This document shows positions 27,570-37,140 of a DNA stretch of 64,000 bases, in pieces. Under the pieces are notes generated by a model. It saw only the letters and a list, made by a program, of their open reading frames with translations. It had not been told where the DNA came from and did no database searches. Each line of letters opens with the position of its first letter. Position 1 is the first letter of the stretch. A program made the translations under genes and the position numbers. The DNA is taken from positions 25,350-89,349 of the forward strand of contig JBBREP010000001.1 of assembly GCA_038202885.1 (NCBI GenBank). Reading direction: 5' to 3'. The stretch comes from Acidimicrobiia bacterium (GTDB taxonomy: Bacteria; Actinomycetota; Acidimicrobiia; IMCC26256; PALSA-610).

Positions 27570-29626
27570 GCGCCAGCCACGCTCCTGTACACGTCGGCGA
27601 TGCGCTCCGCGCAGGCGTCCCAGGTGGGCAGGTCGGGTGTCGGCCGGGCGCGTGCGAGTGTGGAGGCCACCGCGTCAGCGATTTCATCGGGGCTGGCGTC
27701 GACGTCGACGCCCGAGATGAGATCGTCGTCGATCAGTTCGGAGAGCCCCGACGTGCGTGCGCCGAGCACGGGAACGCCCAGGCTGAGCGCCTCGATGACC
27801 GACACCGGGTGGGCTTCGTAGTCGCTGAGGAGCACGACCGCGTCGGCCCGCGCGATGAGTCGGCCGAGTTCGGCACGGTTCCCCGATCCGTACGAGCGGA
27901 AGTGGGTGTTACGGGGCGCGACCTCACGAGCCAGACGGCGCAATTCGTCGCGGTAGGGCCCATTTCCCACGATCACAAGTGTCGCGTCGGGGAAGCGGCG
28001 GGTGATCGCCGCCATCGCCCCGATCGCACGATGGTGACCCTTGTAACGCTCGAGGCGGCCAATCGACAAGAGCAGCGGCGCGCCCGCGATCGTGTCGTCG
28101 TCGGACGCCGCGGCGATCGGGAGTGTGCTGACGCCGTTGCGGACGACCTGAATCGATGACCGGTCGACGCCGAACCCTCGAGCGAGCGTGTCGGCTTCGA
28201 ACTCGCTCACGGCCACGATCGAATCGGCGTGGCGGACGAGGGGACGCAGCGCACGCCACTGCAGCGACCGCAACTTGTGGCGCCACTTCGACGAGTGCCC
28301 ACCCGTGTGGAGCTGCACGATGCACGGCACCTTGGCCCGACGGGCTGCCAGCATCCCGAGGATCGCCGAAAACGTATGGATGCCCTCGATGTGTACGACG
28401 TCGAACGCACCGCGCGCCGCAGCGCGGTACAACCCAGGGGCGAAGTACCAATCCCGGGTGTGTGGATACGACCGAAAGCGCGCCACGCGCACTCCGTCGC
28501 GTTCCTCACTCGTGGGCGTGCCGTCGCGAGGGTCGGTGGTGAGCAGCTCGACTTGGAAGCCTGCGTGCGCGAGCCGCGGTGCAACCTCCTCGATGTGCGT
28601 CTCGATGCCACCCATGAACGGGTACGCACGCGCCGCGATCATCGCAACCTTCACGGGCCGAGTCGGTGATCCGCCGAAGTGCGGTGGCCGCCGACCAAAC
28701 GTTGCCGCGCGGCCGACGCAATACCCGGCGCCGGCCGCCGCAAACGCGAGCATCGACACGACGAGTCGCACTGCCGCGAAGACTTGTAGTCGCAGGGCGG
28801 CCTTGAGGTCGTTCGCCCACGCACCGAGAATCGCGTCGCGGACGTAGTTGCGCTCGACCGAAAGTGCAGCCCCAGATCCGGTGAGCCACCGCACTGTCGC
28901 CTTTGACCGGCCCTCGGCGAACGATCGGCGGAACAAGTACCGCAGGGTGAGCCGCTCGACCGGAACGTAGTGACGAACCGTGGCCGCTGGCTCATACACG
29001 AAGGCGGTTCCGGCGATGGCGTTCGTCGCACGCACGCACAGCTCGGCCTCCTCGCCGCCGGCCGCACCGCGCACGCGTCGCCCGAGCTCGGGACGGAAAC
29101 CGCCCACGCGTTCGAAGGTATTGCGCCGCACGACCGCACACCCGCCGAAGAAATTGCGAACGGTGCTGCGCGTGGTTGGCAGCCCTCGGTAGGTGCATCC
29201 GACTGTCCACCACAGTTCAGGAGCAAGCCAACTCGGAGGGTTGCGTTGCCAGTCGGGCTGCACCGATCCGCTCGCGCCAAGGATGCGCGGCTCAAGCGTG
29301 GCTACCAGCAGTTCGAGCCAATCAGGCGCAGCGGCGGCGTCGTCATCGAGGAAGGCAACGAGCTCGCCCGTCGCGGCGTCGATGCCCGTGTTGCGCGCAG
29401 TCGACAGACCGAGGTTGCAGGGCAGCGCGATCACTTGTACGCGCTCGCCGAGCGTACGCGCTCGTGCGGCGAGCTGCTCGTGCCCGTCGATCACCACGAT
29501 GATCTCGAGCGGACGATGATGCTGGTGCTCGATCGACTCGATGGCACGCAGGAGCAATGGCCAGCGGTCGAGCCGATGGGCTGCGATTACCACGGACACC
29601 GTCGGGTACGAGGGGCCTACGGTCAT
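27566..29626 (-). CDS. Bifunctional glycosyltransferase: N-terminal GT2, central TM segment, C-terminal GT4
   Basis: From ATG 29626 (ATGA overlap). The GT2 part has VSVVIAAHRLDRW...FLDDDA. The TM segment is FAAVRLVVSMLAFAAAGAGYCVG. The GT4 part has VKVAMIAARAYPFMGGIETHIEEV...EAHPVSVIEALSLGVPVLG. Confidence 0.75.
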   Translation of the reverse strand: MTVGPSYPTVSVVIAAHRLDRWPLLLRAIESIEHQHHRPLEIIVVIDGHEQLAARARTLGERVQVIALPCNLGLSTARNTGIDAATGELVAFLDDDAAAAPDWLELLVATLEPRILGASGSVQPDWQRNPPSWLAPELWWTVGCTYRGLPTTRSTVRNFFGGCAVVRRNTFERVGGFRPELGRRVRGAAGGEEAELCVRATNAIAGTAFVYEPAATVRHYVPVERLTLRYLFRRSFAEGRSKATVRWLTGSGAALSVERNYVRDAILGAWANDLKAALRLQVFAAVRLVVSMLAFAAAGAGYCVGRAATFGRRPPHFGGSPTRPVKVAMIAARAYPFMGGIETHIEEVAPRLAHAGFQVELLTTDPRDGTPTSEERDGVRVARFRSYPHTRDWYFAPGLYRAAARGAFDVVHIEGIHTFSAILGMLAARRAKVPCIVQLHTGGHSSKWRHKLRSLQWRALRPLVRHADSIVAVSEFEADTLARGFGVDRSSIQVVRNGVSTLPIAAASDDDTIAGAPLLLSIGRLERYKGHHRAIGAMAAITRRFPDATLVIVGNGPYRDELRRLAREVAPRNTHFRSYGSGNRAELGRLIARADAVVLLSDYEAHPVSVIEALSLGVPVLGARTSGLSELIDDDLISGVDVDASPDEIADAVASTLARARPTPDLPTWDACAERIADVYRSVAGA

Positions 29627-30468
29627 CGGTGCGGCCTTCCGGTGGATGCGGCGCGGCCGCCGAGGTGGCGGGCGCGGCGCACTTGGCGCCACGGCGTTGC
29701 GGCGACCTGCTTCGCCACACGTTCGGCGCGCGCCGCCTGTCCTTGCGCGAGCAGAAGTACGTGCGAGGCAGAGTGTTGGCCGCGCACGATCAGGCGCCGG
29801 ACCGCGAAGCGATCGGCGGCAACAGGATGGCGATCGTGGCCGATGATGCACGCCGACTCGAAACCGGCGTCGCGTACGGCGCCGCGGGTCGAGGTTCCGG
29901 CATAGCCGTTGGGGTACGCGAAGCTCGTCGCGTCGATGCCGAGCCGGTCACCAAGTACTTCGCGACTGCGCCGCAGCTCTGCGGTGACGACGGCGGGGAG
30001 TTCGAGGTCGAACGGATGGTGCTCGTGGCCGTGCGAGCCGATCTCGATGCCGGCGTCGCGCATCGCGGCCAGCTCGTTCCAGCTGAGCAAACGTTGGCGC
30101 CCGAGTTCGCCGCGGATCCACGTGGCGCGTCCGCCCACGTGCGCCGTCGGCACGTACATCGTCGCTGACCATCCCAGGCGTTGCAAGATTGGGAGCGCAA
30201 ATTCGGTGAACCCGCCGAAGGCGTCGTCGAAGCTCAGCGCGACGACGTTGGTGATGTCGTCGCCTGCGTCGATGCGCCGGAGGGCCTCGGTGACGCCGAC
30301 ACCGTGCCAGCCATACGCGTGCAGCGCAGAAACGTGCTCGTCAAAGGTCGCGACCGATACCTCGAGGTCACCGCGCACGCGCTCGATCGAGCCAGTCACC
30401 CGGTGGTACAGCAACACGGGCAAGCGCGCCGACTGTGTTACTGCTGCTGATGTTGGCGTCGATGTCAT
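29623..30468 (-). CDS. Polysaccharide deacetylase (NodB homology domain)
   Basis: Has LPVLLYHRV, LSFDDAF, GSHGHEH and FAYPNG. Confidence 0.8.
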   Translation of the reverse strand: MTSTPTSAAVTQSARLPVLLYHRVTGSIERVRGDLEVSVATFDEHVSALHAYGWHGVGVTEALRRIDAGDDITNVVALSFDDAFGGFTEFALPILQRLGWSATMYVPTAHVGGRATWIRGELGRQRLLSWNELAAMRDAGIEIGSHGHEHHPFDLELPAVVTAELRRSREVLGDRLGIDATSFAYPNGYAGTSTRGAVRDAGFESACIIGHDRHPVAADRFAVRRLIVRGQHSASHVLLLAQGQAARAERVAKQVAATPWRQVRRARHLGGRAASTGRPHR

Positions 30469-30545
30469 GCGTTCATCCGTGCTGCGGGTCGATCATCCAT
30501 GGAGCGTTGTGCGAGCCGCGTCCCGCGGTGCGCAGGCGAAACACG

Positions 30546-31331
30546 TCAGGTCGGGCGAAGGCGCTCGGCGATGATCGTGCGCAGAATGCGCAGGCCGTCT
30601 CGACGCGCCGAAAGGTTCGAGTCGCCCGAGAGTCGAGTCGATTCGTACGAGGGCACTTCGACGATGCGCAGTCGGTTGCGCGCGGCCTTGATGTTGAGGA
30701 GCGTCTCGACCTCGAACCCGTTGCAGTCGATGTGGAGGTCGGGCAGACACGTTCGCCAAAACGCGTTATAGCCGTAACAGAGGTCGGTGAACTGCACGCC
30801 CCACATGCGATTTACGAGCGCGCCGAGCGCTCGATTACCGGCCCGCCGGACTCGGGTGATGTCGGCCGAACCGCCGCCCATCGCGAAGCGCGTGCCTTTG
30901 GCGAAGTCGGCGCCGGTGCGCAGCGCGGCGACAAAGCGCGGAATCTCGGCCGGGTCGGTCGAGCCATCGGCGTTGAGCATCACGATGATGTCGCCTTTGG
31001 CGGCGTTGAATCCGCAGGCGAGCGCGTCGCCTTTCCCGCGTCCGAGTTGGTCGATCACGACGACATCGGCGCGCGCGGCACGGGCGATCTCCCCCGTGCC
31101 GTCGGTGGAGTGGCCGTCGACGACGAGTACCTCGTCGACCCAGCTCGGAATCCGGGCGATGACGTGGGCGATGTTGTCGGCTTCGTTGAGGGTGGGAATG
31201 ACCGCGCTGACCGTCGGAGGTGATCCGTGCTCACGCTCCGCGGCCAAATCCAATGCGCGCGCCAACGACCGCTCTTCGCTGTCGCTTCGACTCGCTCGCC
31301 TCGCAGCTACTTCTTCAAGTACTGCGCCCAT
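30546..31331 (-). CDS. GT2 glycosyltransferase, polyprenyl-phosphate sugar synthase-like (GtrB/Ppm-like)
   Basis: VSAVIPTLNEADNI...VVDGHSTDGT...MLNADGSTDP. ATG 31331 has a GGGAG RBS. Confidence 0.8.
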   Translation of the reverse strand: MGAVLEEVAARRASRSDSEERSLARALDLAAEREHGSPPTVSAVIPTLNEADNIAHVIARIPSWVDEVLVVDGHSTDGTGEIARAARADVVVIDQLGRGKGDALACGFNAAKGDIIVMLNADGSTDPAEIPRFVAALRTGADFAKGTRFAMGGGSADITRVRRAGNRALGALVNRMWGVQFTDLCYGYNAFWRTCLPDLHIDCNGFEVETLLNIKAARNRLRIVEVPSYESTRLSGDSNLSARRDGLRILRTIIAERLRPT

Positions 31332-31470
31332 CCTGTGCTCCCGCCCGCCACCACCGGTGACCCAGGTGCGGCAATTGAGCCGCACGATAGCGGCGAATGC
31401 CACATTCAGGCAAAGCGCGACCGCGAAGTGTGGCAATTGTTGGCCGGCCGTCCCGCTCGATGTCGCGGCG

Positions 31471-31512
31471 CCGGACGGAGTAGGCGCAGGGAGACCGGAC
31501 GGAGTAGGCGCA
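31471..31512. repeat. Tandem pair of the 18-nt repeat CCGGACGGAGTAGGCGCA (24-bp period)
   Basis: Perfect copies lie at 31471-31488 and 31495-31512, in a divergent intergenic region. Confidence 0.9.
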
Positions 31513-31593
31513 CAAAACTCTGCCCACTACGGTGTCGCCGCGAACTCCAACGCCCGATACGACCGATTTCGACGGCTTCGAGAGGTGCACGAG

Positions 31594-33018
31594 ATGCGCA
31601 GGATGTTGCGACTGTCGGTGGCGAGCGGACTGCTCGCGGCGTCGACGATCATCGCACCGCATACCGCCGCGGCCGCCACGGGCTTCTCGGCGGGTCGTCC
31701 CGTCGGAGCGCCCGAGGAAGATGTGGGCGCTGCCGTCGACGCCGGCGCCGTCACATGGCTGCCCAACGGGGGTGCTGGCTTGACGGGAACGCACAGCATC
31801 ACGCTCACTGAAGCAACGGTGGGCGGCACGGTGCGAGCGGGCGACCGTTTCGGTGCGGCCGTGGCCGTTGACCAATCGGCGGGGCTACCGGGCAAGTTGG
31901 TCATCGGCGCACCCGGAGCCGACCGGGGTGCCGGGCGTGTCTATGTCGTGCCGTTCAGCGCAAGTCAGACGCGGTTCGACTATGCGCATGTGACGGTCCT
32001 GCGCCCCGGTCACGGCGCCGTCGGGTCGAGCGCGCAGATCGGTGAGCACTTCGGAGCCACGCTCGCGTGGGGTAGGGCTACGAACGATTACCTCGTCATC
32101 GGCGCACCCGACTTCGACCTAGGTGCGCTGCAGGACGTCGGCAGAGTGTTCGTCACCCAGGCGGGAGCGACCGCGCTCGCGCTCACGCCTGGTTCGGTGG
32201 GTGTACCCGACGCGCCGCACAGCGGAGACCATTTCGGAGCGGCGTTGCTCGTCGGCGCCACGAGCGTGTTTGTCGGTGTCCCGAATGCGTGGGACGGTCC
32301 GGTGGCACACGCCGGCGAAGTCGACCGATTCACGTTGCCGCCGTTGGGTTCGCTGTCGGGAGTGGCGTATCGCCAAGGCTCGGGCGGGATCGCGGGTTCG
32401 TCCGAAGCGGGCGACCACTTCGGAGCGTCGCTGGCAGCGATCACCCAGAACGGGCAACAGGTCATTGCGATTGGGGCGCCAGCCGAAGACGTCGGACCCA
32501 TTGTGGATGCTGGTGCGGTCACGATCCTCGGGACGGCGCCGCACACCTATGTCCAAGGATCGGTTCCCGGGCTGTCGGGTGCGCCCGAAGCGGGCGACCA
32601 GTTCGGCTACGCCTTGGCCGGAGACGGAGCGAACCTGATCATCGGCGTGCCTGGTGAGGACGTCGGCCCGGTCGCGAACGCCGGACAAGTGCAAGCGCTC
32701 TACCCGGACAGTTTCTCGACGCCCACGAGAATGGCGAGCGGTGGCTCCTTCGTCGAGAGTTGGGGCGGTGCGCCTGGCCTCGTGCAGGTCGGCGCGCGCT
32801 TTGGTGCCTCGGTCAGCGCGTACGCCGGCTGGTTGAGCGCGGGTGCGTCGGGCCAGAACACGGGCGGCGCGCAAGGTGGCGGCGCCTTCGTCGTGCTCCC
32901 GGGTCTGAGCGCCAGCACGCACTGGACGACGTTGGGGAGCTACATCGTGACCCAGGAGACCAACGGTGTGCCTGGCGCCAGCGAGACCGGCGACCACTTC
33001 GGTGCGGCCCTCGCGTGA
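31594..33018 (+). CDS. Secreted FG-GAP / integrin-alpha-like 7-repeat beta-propeller protein
   Basis: Signal peptide MRRMLRLSVASGLLAASTIIAPHTAAAA. There are seven G(D/E/A)xFG(A/Y)(A/S/T)(L/V) repeats (GDRFGAAVA, GEHFGATLA, GDHFGAALL, GDHFGASLA, GDQFGYALA, GARFGASVS, GDHFGAALA). Confidence 0.7.
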   Translation: MRRMLRLSVASGLLAASTIIAPHTAAAATGFSAGRPVGAPEEDVGAAVDAGAVTWLPNGGAGLTGTHSITLTEATVGGTVRAGDRFGAAVAVDQSAGLPGKLVIGAPGADRGAGRVYVVPFSASQTRFDYAHVTVLRPGHGAVGSSAQIGEHFGATLAWGRATNDYLVIGAPDFDLGALQDVGRVFVTQAGATALALTPGSVGVPDAPHSGDHFGAALLVGATSVFVGVPNAWDGPVAHAGEVDRFTLPPLGSLSGVAYRQGSGGIAGSSEAGDHFGASLAAITQNGQQVIAIGAPAEDVGPIVDAGAVTILGTAPHTYVQGSVPGLSGAPEAGDQFGYALAGDGANLIIGVPGEDVGPVANAGQVQALYPDSFSTPTRMASGGSFVESWGGAPGLVQVGARFGASVSAYAGWLSAGASGQNTGGAQGGGAFVVLPGLSASTHWTTLGSYIVTQETNGVPGASETGDHFGAALA

Positions 33019-33086
33019 CGTGACCATCGCGCCGCTGCGCCCCGCAATAGCCGCTGGTCCCGCCCCCAGTCCCGTCCCCAGTCCCA

Positions 33087-33128
33087 ATGCGTCGTTTGGG
33101 GGTCATATACACCCCCGAAACGACGCAT
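33087..33128. terminator. Hairpin between convergent genes (candidate bidirectional terminator)
   Basis: ATGCGTCGTTTGGGGGT-CATATAC-ACCCCCGAAACGACGCAT forms a stem of about 17 bp with one bulge. Confidence 0.5.
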
Positions 33129-33134
33129 CGGCGA

Positions 33135-34661
33135 TCAGGTCAGGCGGTAGACGTACCAGGAACCTTGGTGGGTTTCTAGGGTGAACGGATAGCGGCGGTC
33201 GGTCACCAGGTAGCGGGCGTTGTAGCTCGTGACGAGGCTGTGGATCCGGGTCGTCGTCAGCGCGCGGTACTCGTCGTCGATCGACGTCCCGGTGTCGAGC
33301 GCGTGACGCGCGGCCGCGTCGCTGGGCCCGAGCTGCTGGAGGATCCGGCGTTTCCATTCCACGATCTCATCCCAGCGTGGCACTCCGAACGTTGCGATCT
33401 GGGCCCGCTCGGTGTCGTAGTGGGGATCGTTTCCGGGCGGCGCGATTATGACTGCATTGGTCGGCGTGTGATCGCGCACCCAGTGGTACGCGCGCGTGAG
33501 ATCAGTATCGGTGCGAGCGTTGTGACCGGTCCAATCGCGCACGTTGCGGCGCACGAGGAACCCTGCTTCACGCACGGGGTTCTGCGCGATCACGCCGAGC
33601 GCGAGTGTCAGCGCGATCGCGCCGAGCACGGCGCTCGGCCGCGGTGTGATCTCTCGACGCTGCCACCAACGCGGCGCCGCGTGTGCGACGGTAAGCGCGA
33701 AGCCGAGCGAGACGATGATCGGAAAGACTCGAAAAGGAAAGAAACGCAGGTATTCGTAGCGCCCGGTCGTCCACGCGAGGAGTCCGAGCGCACTCGGCAC
33801 GGCCGTGACTAGCTCGACGTGCGCGAGGAACCGGAGTGGGTGAGCGCGTTCCAAGCTGTACGCATACCAAGTGTTGACGCACGCCATCGCGACGAGCGCG
33901 ATCAACGTGAGGCCGCCGAAGTACCACGGGTCCATGTGAAACGGATAGATGTCTCGCGCGATGAAACGCCAGAGGTCTCGGTTCCCGGCGCTGCCGTGCA
34001 TGTCGCGCACGATCCCGACGACGCCGGGCGCGGCGGCCAATGCCGCGAGTGGCAGCGCCCGCACCGCGGCGCGCCGAGTCGCCGGGTCGACGAGCAACGC
34101 AATGGCGATCGCGGGCATTGCCGCGACGCCCACACCAGGGTGGGCGCTGACCACGACGCCGCCGAGCAGCATCGCGAGCGCGACGCGCCGGTCGAGCGCG
34201 GCAATGATCGCGCCGAGTACGGCGACATACGCGATCGGCTTGGCCTCGAAGGAGCCGAACATCCAATCGCCGCCGACGATACGGAGCTGCCACGGCATCC
34301 ATACCAACACCGCCAGCACCCCTGCCCATCGGGCGATGCCGAGCCGTCGCGTGAGCGCGACCAGCAACGCCGAGAGCGCGGCCCAGCAGGTGACGCGGCC
34401 GATCCACGCGACCACGACGATCGACCAAGCGCGGGCGATCGGCGTGAACAACGTGTTGAACACGAGGTTTTCGCCGAAGCTGCCCGACAACGACCAGTCG
34501 TGCGCGAGGTAGTGCGGATCAGCGACCGAACGGAGCCGTACCAGATAGACGTACTCGTTGATGAAGGGCGCGCGACTGGCGAACAACATCGCCGCGCCTG
34601 CGAAGATCGCGGCCCACGCTGCCCACGATGCCGGCGCCCCCCGCCGCGCCGCCGTCGTCAC
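33135..34661 (-). CDS. Polytopic membrane protein (second GT-C-like candidate) with C-terminal soluble domain
   Basis: 508 aa with more than 10 TM helices. GTG 34661 overlaps the msrA stop (GTGA). The first loop has FINEYVY. Confidence 0.5.
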   Translation of the reverse strand: MTTAARRGAPASWAAWAAIFAGAAMLFASRAPFINEYVYLVRLRSVADPHYLAHDWSLSGSFGENLVFNTLFTPIARAWSIVVVAWIGRVTCWAALSALLVALTRRLGIARWAGVLAVLVWMPWQLRIVGGDWMFGSFEAKPIAYVAVLGAIIAALDRRVALAMLLGGVVVSAHPGVGVAAMPAIAIALLVDPATRRAAVRALPLAALAAAPGVVGIVRDMHGSAGNRDLWRFIARDIYPFHMDPWYFGGLTLIALVAMACVNTWYAYSLERAHPLRFLAHVELVTAVPSALGLLAWTTGRYEYLRFFPFRVFPIIVSLGFALTVAHAAPRWWQRREITPRPSAVLGAIALTLALGVIAQNPVREAGFLVRRNVRDWTGHNARTDTDLTRAYHWVRDHTPTNAVIIAPPGNDPHYDTERAQIATFGVPRWDEIVEWKRRILQQLGPSDAAARHALDTGTSIDDEYRALTTTRIHSLVTSYNARYLVTDRRYPFTLETHQGSWYVYRLT

Positions 34662-35308
34662 GCGCCGGCGATCCCGATCGGGCAGGAGACGCCCGTGCCA
34701 CCGAGCCCGCAGTAACCCGCGGGGTTCTTGGCGAGGTACTGCTGGTGGTAATCCTCGGCGTAATAGAACGTCGGCGCCGCGCCAATCTCAGTCGTGATCT
34801 CGCCGTAGCCGGCACTGCGGAGGTTGGCCTCGAACGCGGCCGCCGAAGCAGTGGCGGCGTGTTCTTGCGCGTCGGAGTGCCAGTAGAGCGCCGAGCGGTA
34901 TTGCGTGCCGACGTCATTGCCTTGGCGCATCCCTTGCGTGGGATCGTGGTGCTCCCAGAACGCTTGCAGCATGTCGTTGTAGGTCGTGCGTTCGGGATCG
35001 AACACCACGAGCACGGCCTCGGTGTGTCCGGTACGACCGGAGCAGACCTCGCGATAGGTGGGGTTCGCCGTGATGCCCCCGGCATACCCAACTGCGGTCG
35101 TGTAGACGCCCGGCAGTTGCCAAAAGACCCGCTCGGCGCCCCAGAAGCAGCCCATGGCGAACACGGCTCGTTCGAAACCGACGGGGAACGGTGGCTCCAA
35201 GGGCGTGCCGAGCACGAAGTGTTCCGACGGAACGTCGAAGCCCCGCGTGTCTCGACCGGGAAGCGCGTCCGCGCTGGTTACCACTGCTTTGTGCTTGCCG
35301 AAGAGCAT
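34658..35308 (-). CDS. msrA: Peptide methionine (S)-S-oxide reductase
   Basis: Has the GCFWGAE active-site motif and [11 protein letters not shown]. Confidence 0.92.
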   Translation of the reverse strand: MLFGKHKAVVTSADALPGRDTRGFDVPSEHFVLGTPLEPPFPVGFERAVFAMGCFWGAERVFWQLPGVYTTAVGYAGGITANPTYREVCSGRTGHTEAVLVVFDPERTTYNDMLQAFWEHHDPTQGMRQGNDVGTQYRSALYWHSDAQEHAATASAAAFEANLRSAGYGEITTEIGAAPTFYYAEDYHQQYLAKNPAGYCGLGGTGVSCPIGIAGA

Positions 35309-35342
35309 CGCGTCACCTCTCGTTCCGAGGCGAGGATACCCG

Positions 35343-37094
35343 TCAGTGGCCTACCCACAGGCTGGTCGTTCCCGACGGTGAGACCCACGCTATGTCGTCG
35401 GCACCGTCACCGTTCAGGTCGCCCGCAGCAGGGGTGTACGTGCCACCGACGGTCACATCGGGGCCCTGCGTGAAACTCGTACCGCCCGCGTACCACAGGG
35501 AGTCGATCGCGCCACCCGGGCCGTACCAGAGCACGTCGGTGCGGTGATCGCTGTTGAAGTCACCGGCAATGGGCGTATACGCGCCGTGGATGCTGATCGC
35601 GGCACCGTTCGCGAACGTGCCGTTGAGTTTGCCGAGTCGGAGGTAGTCGGTGCCGGCGCCCGGCGCGTACCAGAGCACGTCGTCGCGTCCGTCGCCGTTG
35701 TAGTCGCCGACGATCGGCTTGTACGCACCGTTCACGTTGATGGCCGGGCCATCGGTGAAGGTGCCGTCACCGACGCCGATGTACTCGTGGTCGGGTCCGG
35801 GTCCGGCTTGGTACAGGATCAGGTCGCACTTGCCGTCGCCGTTGAAATCGCCGGCAATGGGTTCGTAGTTCGAATTGATCGCGAACAGCACTTTCGAAGT
35901 GAAGTTCGAGGTGTCGTTGGTGCCGAACAGCACGTAGTCGCGGGCGATTCCCGGAGCGACGAGGATGATGTCGTCCTTGCCGTCGCCGTTCACGTCGCAC
36001 ACGGCATCGTGGTACGTACCGGAAATCGTCACAGGAAGCGATGACGAACCGGTGACCAGGTGGCGATACAACGCGTCGCTCAGCGTTCCGGGACGGTACT
36101 GGAGCACGTCGGCGATGCCGTCGCCGTTGAAATCGCCGACGATCGGTTCGGCATTCGCCAACATCGTGCGCGTGACGCCATTGGCGAGCGGCGGCGCGGC
36201 GATTGGCACACCGAACGATTCCAACCAACTTCTGAACGTTGCGACGCGCGTGAACGCGACGGTTTCACCACCACACACAATGCCCCACGACACGAGACCG
36301 ATGAGTTGACGCTTGCCCTGAAAGCCGGCAACCGTGAGCGGGCCGCCGCTGTCACCGAAGCACGGTCCCGGAGCCGCGTTCGTGGTGCTGGGGTTCGCGG
36401 CACACAACATCGTTGCGGGATCGAAGTCGACGTTGTACTGGGCGTAGCGGGGTTGGCAGTACGAGTTGGGATGCACAGGAACGCTGGCGCCGCGCAGTTG
36501 GTTCGGATAGTCGGTAGGCGAGGTGCAGTCCGACCCCGCGCTCAAGCAACCCCAGCCCGAGATGAAGCCGGTTGCACCCGATACGTAGCGGTAGTCGCTC
36601 TGCGCGGGCACGACGTCGACCGGCGTGGTCGACACTGGGGTCGACAAGGTCAACAAGGCGAGATCGTTGCGGTCGCTGTGCACCGGGTCGTAGCTCGGGT
36701 GGCGGTGGATCGCGGCAACGCTGACGACCGTCCCACCTGTCGCGAGCTTGTCGGTGTTGACGACGACCTTCAGGTTCGCCGCGTCTTCTTTGACGCCATT
36801 GCGCAGGTCGCGGTACGTGCAGTGGCCGGCCGTGATGACCAGCGTCGAGGTGAGGACCGACCCGCCGCACTCGAACGCGTCGTTTCTGTCGTTCGTGTTG
36901 CGGGTGTCGAGGATCGCCGCCTGGAACGGCACCTTGCTGAGCGGTATCGCGCCACCGTTGACGATGAAGGGCGTCACGGATGTGTGTGTGCCCGAGGTGG
37001 CGCCCGAGGGCGTCACCGTCGCGCTGGCCGAGACCGAGCCGAGGCACAGCACGACTGCGGTCAGCACCCCACCCAACCGGATTGTGCGAGACAT
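35343..37094 (-). CDS. Secreted trypsin-like S1 serine protease fused to FG-GAP/VCBS repeats
   Basis: From ATG 37094 there is a signal peptide, IVNGG, and the catalytic triad (ITAGHC, NDLALL, GDSGGPL). Six GD(F/Y/L)NGDGxxD(V/I/L) repeats follow. Confidence 0.8.
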   Translation of the reverse strand: MSRTIRLGGVLTAVVLCLGSVSASATVTPSGATSGTHTSVTPFIVNGGAIPLSKVPFQAAILDTRNTNDRNDAFECGGSVLTSTLVITAGHCTYRDLRNGVKEDAANLKVVVNTDKLATGGTVVSVAAIHRHPSYDPVHSDRNDLALLTLSTPVSTTPVDVVPAQSDYRYVSGATGFISGWGCLSAGSDCTSPTDYPNQLRGASVPVHPNSYCQPRYAQYNVDFDPATMLCAANPSTTNAAPGPCFGDSGGPLTVAGFQGKRQLIGLVSWGIVCGGETVAFTRVATFRSWLESFGVPIAAPPLANGVTRTMLANAEPIVGDFNGDGIADVLQYRPGTLSDALYRHLVTGSSSLPVTISGTYHDAVCDVNGDGKDDIILVAPGIARDYVLFGTNDTSNFTSKVLFAINSNYEPIAGDFNGDGKCDLILYQAGPGPDHEYIGVGDGTFTDGPAINVNGAYKPIVGDYNGDGRDDVLWYAPGAGTDYLRLGKLNGTFANGAAISIHGAYTPIAGDFNSDHRTDVLWYGPGGAIDSLWYAGGTSFTQGPDVTVGGTYTPAAGDLNGDGADDIAWVSPSGTTSLWVGH

Positions 37095-37140
37095 GTTCAG
37101 CTCTATCGACGTGTGCGGAGGGAGTCTTGCACGATTTCGG

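Noticed and set aside
30787-31593. N-terminal 269 codons of the 743-aa ORF that contains the FG-GAP protein (and, likewise, 37095-37538 of the 731-aa protease ORF)
   Set aside because: These extensions run antisense through the GT2 gene and the phosphatase gene. Internal ATGs at 31594 and 37094 give proper signal peptides and RBS-like sequences.
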